A stretch of DNA of 21,421 bases from Candidatus Nanohaloarchaea archaeon. Lineage in GTDB: Archaea; Nanohalarchaeota; Nanosalinia; Nanosalinales; Nanosalinaceae. The position numbers and the translations under genes are program-made. Numbering within the stretch: position 1 is the stretch's first letter; every line of letters begins with the position of its first letter. Location of the stretch: NCBI GenBank assembly GCA_042217695.1, contig JBDGSE010000038.1, forward strand, positions 1 to 21,421, read 5' to 3'. The notes under the pieces were generated by a model. That model saw nothing but the letters and a program-made list of their open reading frames with translations, was not told the origin of the DNA and searched no databases. Shown in pieces: positions 16,211 to 21,421 of this stretch.

Positions 16211-18673
16211 TCACCTCTCGATCTCCGTGGAAACGAGACCTCTATCAGATTTCTGTGGGTCTACCCCGTCTTCGCCGGCGCGGAACTGGACTATGTCGCC
16301 TTCCGCGTTCCTCACCGTCTGGTCGTATTCGACCTTCAGGTCCTGTAGCGCGTTCGAGACCCTGCGGTACATGTAACCCGAGGTCTTCGTTCTCAGCGAC
16401 TTGTCCATCAGTGCTTTACGCTGGGACATCTGGTGGAAGAACATCTCTATGGAGTCGAGTCCTCCCAGGATGCTTGAGGAGACGAATCCTTTCGCCCTCG
16501 GGGAGAGCTCGCCCTCCTTGAAGTGGGAGAGTGTCCTTCCCTTGTATCCCCGGTTTATCCGCTGGTCACGTACCGAGTTCTGTCCGAGGAGCCCCGCCAT
16601 GGTTGTAACGTTCTGGAGTGAACCTCTGGCGCCCGAGTCGGCCATTATGTATGCGGAGGAGTCGTCCTCCACGTTCTCTGCGACCAGGTCTCCTATCTCC
16701 GTGAACACTTCGTTGAGTTCCTTTGTGACCTTTATTTCCCGGGTCTCCTCCAGTGTCTTTCCTGTGAGAGGCTCCATATCGCCCTGCTCGTATCTCTGGA
16801 GGATGCCCTCGGTCTCCTCGATGGTCTCCTCCACGAGTTCCTCGATTCTCTGGCCGGCCTCGTCCGGTACCTCCAGGTCCTCGAGTCCTATGGAGAAACC
16901 TCTCTGGGTGAGGAAGATTGCGCCCACCCTGGAGACCCTGTTCAGGAATTCTGTGACCTTTTCGCTTCCGTATTCGATGTTTAACTGCTGTATTATCTCT
17001 CCGCCGTAGTCTCCGAGCGCGTCTTCATCAAGCACGCCTGACTTGAGTTCGCCGTCCTCGATGACCACTTCGTTCTCCTCGCCCTCGTTTATGGTGAGAG
17101 AGATGTCGTCGGGGATGAACAGCGATACAAGTTCTCTCCCGGTGATCTCTTCCTTGTCCGGAAGTTCTTTCTCCTGTTCGCCTGCCTCGACGAGGATGTT
17201 GAACGCTTTTTCGCGGGAGAGGGTCTGGTCCTCTCTGGTCAGGAGGTACAGCCCGGAGATGTAGTCCTGGAGCATGCCGATTATTGGCCCTCCCATCTTC
17301 GGGGATTTGACGTGTTCCTGAACCTTCATCAGCTCTTCTGCCTCCGCCCGTGCTTCTTCCGTCTGCGGTACGTGGAGGTTCATCTCGTCCCCGTCGAAGT
17401 CCGCGTTGTACGGCGCGCAAACGTTCAGGTTGAGTCGGAAGGTCCTGTGAGGTAGCACCTTTACCTCGTGGGCCATTATGGACATACGGTGGAGCGACGG
17501 CTGTCGGTTGAACAGTACGGTGTCTCCGTCTTTCAGATGTCTCTCTATCTTCCAGCCCTCTCCAGGCTCCATCGCTTCCAGGAGGTCATCCTTGTTTTCC
17601 TCGGTGACTCTCCTGCGGGAGCCGTCAGGCTGGTAGAGGTAGTTGGCGCCGGGGTGTGTATCCGGCCCGTTTTCAAGCCATCTTTTGGCCTGTTCCCAGT
17701 TCCTCTCCGTAACTTTCTCGGGTATAGTAAGTTTTTTCGCCACGAGGAACGGTACTCCGACCTCGTTGATTCCGATGTTAGGGTCTGGCGAGATGACTGT
17801 TCTCGCGGAGAAGTTCACGCGTTTACCTATCAGGTTCTGCCTGAACCGACCCTGTTTGCCCTGGACACGTTCCATTATGGACTTGAGTGAGCGTCCGGAG
17901 CGGTGTCTTGCCGGCGGTACAGAGGACATGTCGTTGTAGAACGCTGTCGCGACGTGGTACTGCAGCAGCTCCCAGAGGTCATCGATGATGAAGTCGGGAG
18001 CCTCGATCTCTATGTTGTTCTGCAGTCTCTTGTTGATACGGATTACGTCGACCAGTTTGTGGGTCAGGTCGTCCTCCGAGCGTTCACCTGTCTCCAGGGT
18101 GATGGAGGGCCTCATCGTTACCGGAGGTACAGGGATGTGTGTGAGTATCAGGTCCTCAGGTCGTCCTCCCTCCATTCCCAGCTCGGCTGCAACATCGTCA
18201 GGGATCTCCTTCAGTCTTTCACGGATCTCGTCCGGTTTTATCTCCTCGCCGTCCTCGTAGTAGGAGTATGGTTTATCCAGCTTGACTTCCTCTGTCTCGT
18301 GCCCACATTCCGGACACTCGCTTTCCAGGTTGGACTTTCTCAGGGGCTTGTCGTCGTTCTTGACGAGCGGTGCCTGGCATTCCTTGCATGAGAAACGCAG
18401 AAGGTCGCGTACCTTCTTCGCGTAGAGTACGTGAACTACCGGCCTGGAGAGGGTGATTATCCCGAAGTGGCCCTTGCATTCTCTTATCCTTCCGCCGCAG
18501 GTCTGACAGGTCATCCCCGGGTCGATGACACCCAGCGCAGGGTCCATAACTCCGCCTTCAACCGGGTAGCCGTCGGCGTCGTAGACCTCCGCCTTGTCGA
18601 TTTCCTTTACTGCGATCTTCTGCAGTTTTTCTGCGCTCATAACTCCGAAGTCCAGACTCTCGATTTGCTTCAT
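16211..18673 (-). CDS. rpoA1: RNA polymerase subunit A' (Rpo1N), 820 aa
   Basis: YNADFDGDEMN catalytic motif, GKRVNFSAR, NRQPSLH; ATG at 18673 after GGAGGAGTGA. Confidence 0.99.
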   Translation of the reverse strand: MKQIESLDFGVMSAEKLQKIAVKEIDKAEVYDADGYPVEGGVMDPALGVIDPGMTCQTCGGRIRECKGHFGIITLSRPVVHVLYAKKVRDLLRFSCKECQAPLVKNDDKPLRKSNLESECPECGHETEEVKLDKPYSYYEDGEEIKPDEIRERLKEIPDDVAAELGMEGGRPEDLILTHIPVPPVTMRPSITLETGERSEDDLTHKLVDVIRINKRLQNNIEIEAPDFIIDDLWELLQYHVATAFYNDMSSVPPARHRSGRSLKSIMERVQGKQGRFRQNLIGKRVNFSARTVISPDPNIGINEVGVPFLVAKKLTIPEKVTERNWEQAKRWLENGPDTHPGANYLYQPDGSRRRVTEENKDDLLEAMEPGEGWKIERHLKDGDTVLFNRQPSLHRMSIMAHEVKVLPHRTFRLNLNVCAPYNADFDGDEMNLHVPQTEEARAEAEELMKVQEHVKSPKMGGPIIGMLQDYISGLYLLTREDQTLSREKAFNILVEAGEQEKELPDKEEITGRELVSLFIPDDISLTINEGEENEVVIEDGELKSGVLDEDALGDYGGEIIQQLNIEYGSEKVTEFLNRVSRVGAIFLTQRGFSIGLEDLEVPDEAGQRIEELVEETIEETEGILQRYEQGDMEPLTGKTLEETREIKVTKELNEVFTEIGDLVAENVEDDSSAYIMADSGARGSLQNVTTMAGLLGQNSVRDQRINRGYKGRTLSHFKEGELSPRAKGFVSSSILGGLDSIEMFFHQMSQRKALMDKSLRTKTSGYMYRRVSNALQDLKVEYDQTVRNAEGDIVQFRAGEDGVDPQKSDRGLVSTEIER

Positions 18674-18678
18674 TGTTA

Positions 18679-20478
18679 TCACTCCTCCTCCAGGTTGATC
18701 TCGGTGTCCATCATCATGGATTTCAGCTCGTTCATAAGCAACAGGAACGCGTGCGGGATTTCGGTCTCCCCGAGTTCTGTGGAGTCACAGTTCGGGCAGT
18801 ATGTCCTGTTCTCTTCCCTGTCGTGGATCCCTATCTCTCCACAGTTCTCGCAGACCTGTATCTCGGTGGAGTCGGCGCCGAACCGCTCCTTCAGGAGCAG
18901 CGAGGCTCCGTGTCCTACGAAGACGTCTTTTTCCATCTCTCCAAGTCTCAGTCCGCCTTCCTGGCTTCTTCCTTCCGTAGGCTGCTTTGTTAACAGGGTG
19001 ACAGGTCCTCTTGCTCTCGCGTGGACCTTGTCGCCCACCATGTGGCTGAGCTTGAGGTAGTATCCAGGTCCGATGAGGATCTCTGCATCCATCTCCTCGC
19101 CGGTGAGGCCGTTGTACATGGTCTCTTTACCGGAACGGTTGAATCCCAGTTCTTCGAGCTGGTCTCTGAGCTCATCCTTGTCCTCTCCGTGGTAGGCGGT
19201 GCCGTCAACGGGTTCTCCCCGGAGGGCGCCGACTTTTCCGGCGAGAAGCTCTATGACCTGTGACACTGTCATCCTCGAGGGGATTGCGTGGGTTGATAGT
19301 ATGATGTCAGGAGTCACTCCCTGTTTCGTGAAGGGCATGTTCTCCTCGGGCACTATCATCCCGATGACTCCCTTCTGGCCGTGCCGGGTCGCGAACTTGT
19401 CTCCCAGCTCAGGTATCCTGTATTCACGCATCTTTACCTTTACCAGTTTGTCGCCGTCCCCTGTCTCGGAGACCATGACATTGTCGACCTTTCCCTGTTC
19501 ACCGTGTCTCACGGTCAGGGAGGTCTCTCTGCGGTCGGCGAGACCCATCTGAACCTCTTCGCCTCCACCGCTTCCCAGGAATTTTGGCGGCGATGTCTTT
19601 CCAACGAGAACGTCATCGGACTGTACCGGTGTCTCCGGGTTCACGATCCCGTCCTCGTCCAGATGGCTGTATACTTCCTCTCTCCGGTATCCGCGGACGT
19701 CTTTGTCCGGTATACCGATCTGGTCCTGCTGTCCGCCCCAGTATCTCTGGGCCTCTGTCTGGTAGGTCCTGTAGTATGTTGAACGGGCAAGCCCTCTCTC
19801 GATCGAGGCCTTGTTCATTATGACGGCGTCCTCGATGTTGTAGCCGTCGAAGGATGCGATGGCGACCGTCATGTTCTGTCCTATAGGGTGGTCGCCTACC
19901 AGCGTGTCGTAGGTATTGGTTTCGACTATAGGCTGCTGTGCGTAGGTGAGGATGTTGCCCTGGGTATCGAACCTCTGGTGGAACTCTCTGGATGGCATCC
20001 CGAGGCCCTGGCCTGACATCTTTGCACCGAAGTTGACACGGTCACCACGGTTGTGTTCCGGGTACACTACGAGTGAAGCGGACACCCCGTTGATTATCTC
20101 GGGGTCGATCTCCATGTGGGTGTGTTCCTCGGTGACCTCTTCGTCCGAGAGCGCGACGTATGCGTTCTCCTCTTCTTCGGCGTCGAGGTACTCGATGACA
20201 CCCTCCTCTTCCAGGTCTTCCAGTGTTGTTTCGCCCTCTTCCAGCTCTTCTCTCTGTTCCTCGGTGAGACGGGGTTCGCCGTCCTCGACTATCACGACAG
20301 GCCTTAAAACCCTGCCCGAGTCGGTATTTATCCTGATCTCGTCCCTGTCCTTCGCGTAGTAGACGGAGACCTCCTTGTCGATGTTGCCTTCTCTTCGCTG
20401 TTCGACGAGTTCCTCCCTTACTTCTGCGGGAGATTCAGCTTCCCCTATGATCTGTCCGTCCAGAAATACTTCTGTCAT
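18679..20478 (-). CDS. rpoB1: RNA polymerase subunit B' (Rpo2C)
   Basis: GYNIEDA, GDKFATRHGQKG and GGLRLGEMEKD motifs; C-terminal CxxC..CxxC. Confidence 0.99.
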   Translation of the reverse strand: MTEVFLDGQIIGEAESPAEVREELVEQRREGNIDKEVSVYYAKDRDEIRINTDSGRVLRPVVIVEDGEPRLTEEQREELEEGETTLEDLEEEGVIEYLDAEEEENAYVALSDEEVTEEHTHMEIDPEIINGVSASLVVYPEHNRGDRVNFGAKMSGQGLGMPSREFHQRFDTQGNILTYAQQPIVETNTYDTLVGDHPIGQNMTVAIASFDGYNIEDAVIMNKASIERGLARSTYYRTYQTEAQRYWGGQQDQIGIPDKDVRGYRREEVYSHLDEDGIVNPETPVQSDDVLVGKTSPPKFLGSGGGEEVQMGLADRRETSLTVRHGEQGKVDNVMVSETGDGDKLVKVKMREYRIPELGDKFATRHGQKGVIGMIVPEENMPFTKQGVTPDIILSTHAIPSRMTVSQVIELLAGKVGALRGEPVDGTAYHGEDKDELRDQLEELGFNRSGKETMYNGLTGEEMDAEILIGPGYYLKLSHMVGDKVHARARGPVTLLTKQPTEGRSQEGGLRLGEMEKDVFVGHGASLLLKERFGADSTEIQVCENCGEIGIHDREENRTYCPNCDSTELGETEIPHAFLLLMNELKSMMMDTEINLEEE

Positions 20479-20481
20479 TTT

Positions 20482-20550
20482 TTATCTCACCGCTTTTTCG
20501 ATTTCTGTGGTTGTGTAGGGCGTTTTTGCGTTCATAGTATCGTGTCTCAT
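20482..20550 (-). CDS. Putative 22-aa spacer mini-ORF MRHDTMNAKTPYTTTEIEKAVR
   Basis: ATG overlaps the rpoB'' stop (ATGA); TAA ends 3 nt before, and in frame with, the rpoB' ATG. Translation not proven. Confidence 0.35.
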   Translation of the reverse strand: MRHDTMNAKTPYTTTEIEKAVR

Positions 20551-21421
20551 TTCAGTTCGATCTCCGCCTCGTTCAGTCGTGATTTGAGAGAGCTCTTCTC
20601 CATGTCGTTCATCCCGGTTGATACGTTGGCGCTCATCGCCAGGTGCGTCCTGAGACCGATGTTCATGCCTTCGGGAGTCTTTATCGGGCAGACGCGCCCC
20701 CAGTGCGTCGGATGCAGGTCACGGGCCTCGAAGTGCTGTCTGTCCGAAGAAAGAGGGGAGACGATGTTTCTCAGGTGGCTCAGGGTCTTGATACGGTTGT
20801 TCCTCTCCAGCTGCTGGCAGATGCCTGTCCTTCCTCCGACCCAGTTGCCGGTGGCCATCGCACCCATTATCTGTTTGGTCAGGGTGTCCGCGACCACTGT
20901 CGACTGCAGGGAGGGCAGGCGTCCCCTCTTCGCGGATTTCTGGAAGTTGTACTTCATGCGGGCGACCAGGCCCCACTTGCCGAGGAACACGGAGCGGAAC
21001 TGCATCTCAAGCAGTTCGCCCGCCAGGTTCAGTCTCTTGTTGGAGTAGTGGTCGATGTCGTCCTCCTTGATGTCGCCTTTTCCGAGGGCGATAGTGTTCC
21101 GTATCATGTTCGCCAGGAACTCTGCCTTCTCATCCCGGACGTCGGGTTCCTGTCCCAGATGGGGGAGAAGGTACTCGTCCAGTATGGAGGTAACGCGCTC
21201 CTCGACGTTGTTGGTTATGCCTGCGCGGTTGGCTATGTACTCGAACGCCTCTTCCTGGTTCGCCGCGTCCACCTCGTAAAGGTTGAGGTAGACATCGGAG
21301 GCGTAATCCTTTCCTATGGCTTCAACTATCTCTTTATCTGTTTCGTATCCCAGTGCACGGATAAGCGCGACCGCGGGAGTCTTCTTCACGTTCGCGAACG
21401 AGATCTTGACGATGTCCTTGT
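20547..21421 (-). CDS. rpoB2: RNA polymerase subunit B'' (Rpo2N), 5' end outside the window
   Basis: DDIDHYSNKRL, ATGNW and FEARDLHPTHWGRVCP motifs; frame stays open to the window edge. Confidence 0.98.
   Translation of the reverse strand, partial: KDIVKISFANVKKTPAVALIRALGYETDKEIVEAIGKDYASDVYLNLYEVDAANQEEAFEYIANRAGITNNVEERVTSILDEYLLPHLGQEPDVRDEKAEFLANMIRNTIALGKGDIKEDDIDHYSNKRLNLAGELLEMQFRSVFLGKWGLVARMKYNFQKSAKRGRLPSLQSTVVADTLTKQIMGAMATGNWVGGRTGICQQLERNNRIKTLSHLRNIVSPLSSDRQHFEARDLHPTHWGRVCPIKTPEGMNIGLRTHLAMSANVSTGMNDMEKSSLKSRLNEAEIELK

Noticed and set aside
15097..21421. Inteins or frameshifts in the RNAP subunits; split RpoB as a novelty
   Set aside because: Lengths are normal or short with no intein motifs; the B''/B' and A'/A'' splits are established archaeal features

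Overview
Archaeal core-genome window. The strongly acidic proteins, split RpoB/RpoA, absent rpl30e and an S7 insertion of the type I associate with DPANN lineages point to a nanohaloarchaeon (inference). The minus strand carries the conserved superoperon rpoB''(partial)-rpoB'-rpoA'-rpoA''-nusA-rps12-rps7-EF2-EF1a-rps10-tRNA-Ser. Four insertions break it: a Dol-P glycosyltransferase/GtrA fusion with a Zn-ribbon protein and an ABC1/UbiB kinase; an ArnT/PMT-like GT-C; two orphans plus a perfect 79-bp tandem duplication; and a FIST sensor with a small partner plus a second GT-C-like protein. The most notable signals are: unannotated mini-ORFs that bridge the rps12-rps7 and rpoB''-rpoB' spacers; a GAA...TTC hairpin family behind r-protein genes; an ATC start codon; a branched tRNA intron; and radical RNA polymerase active-centre substitutions.
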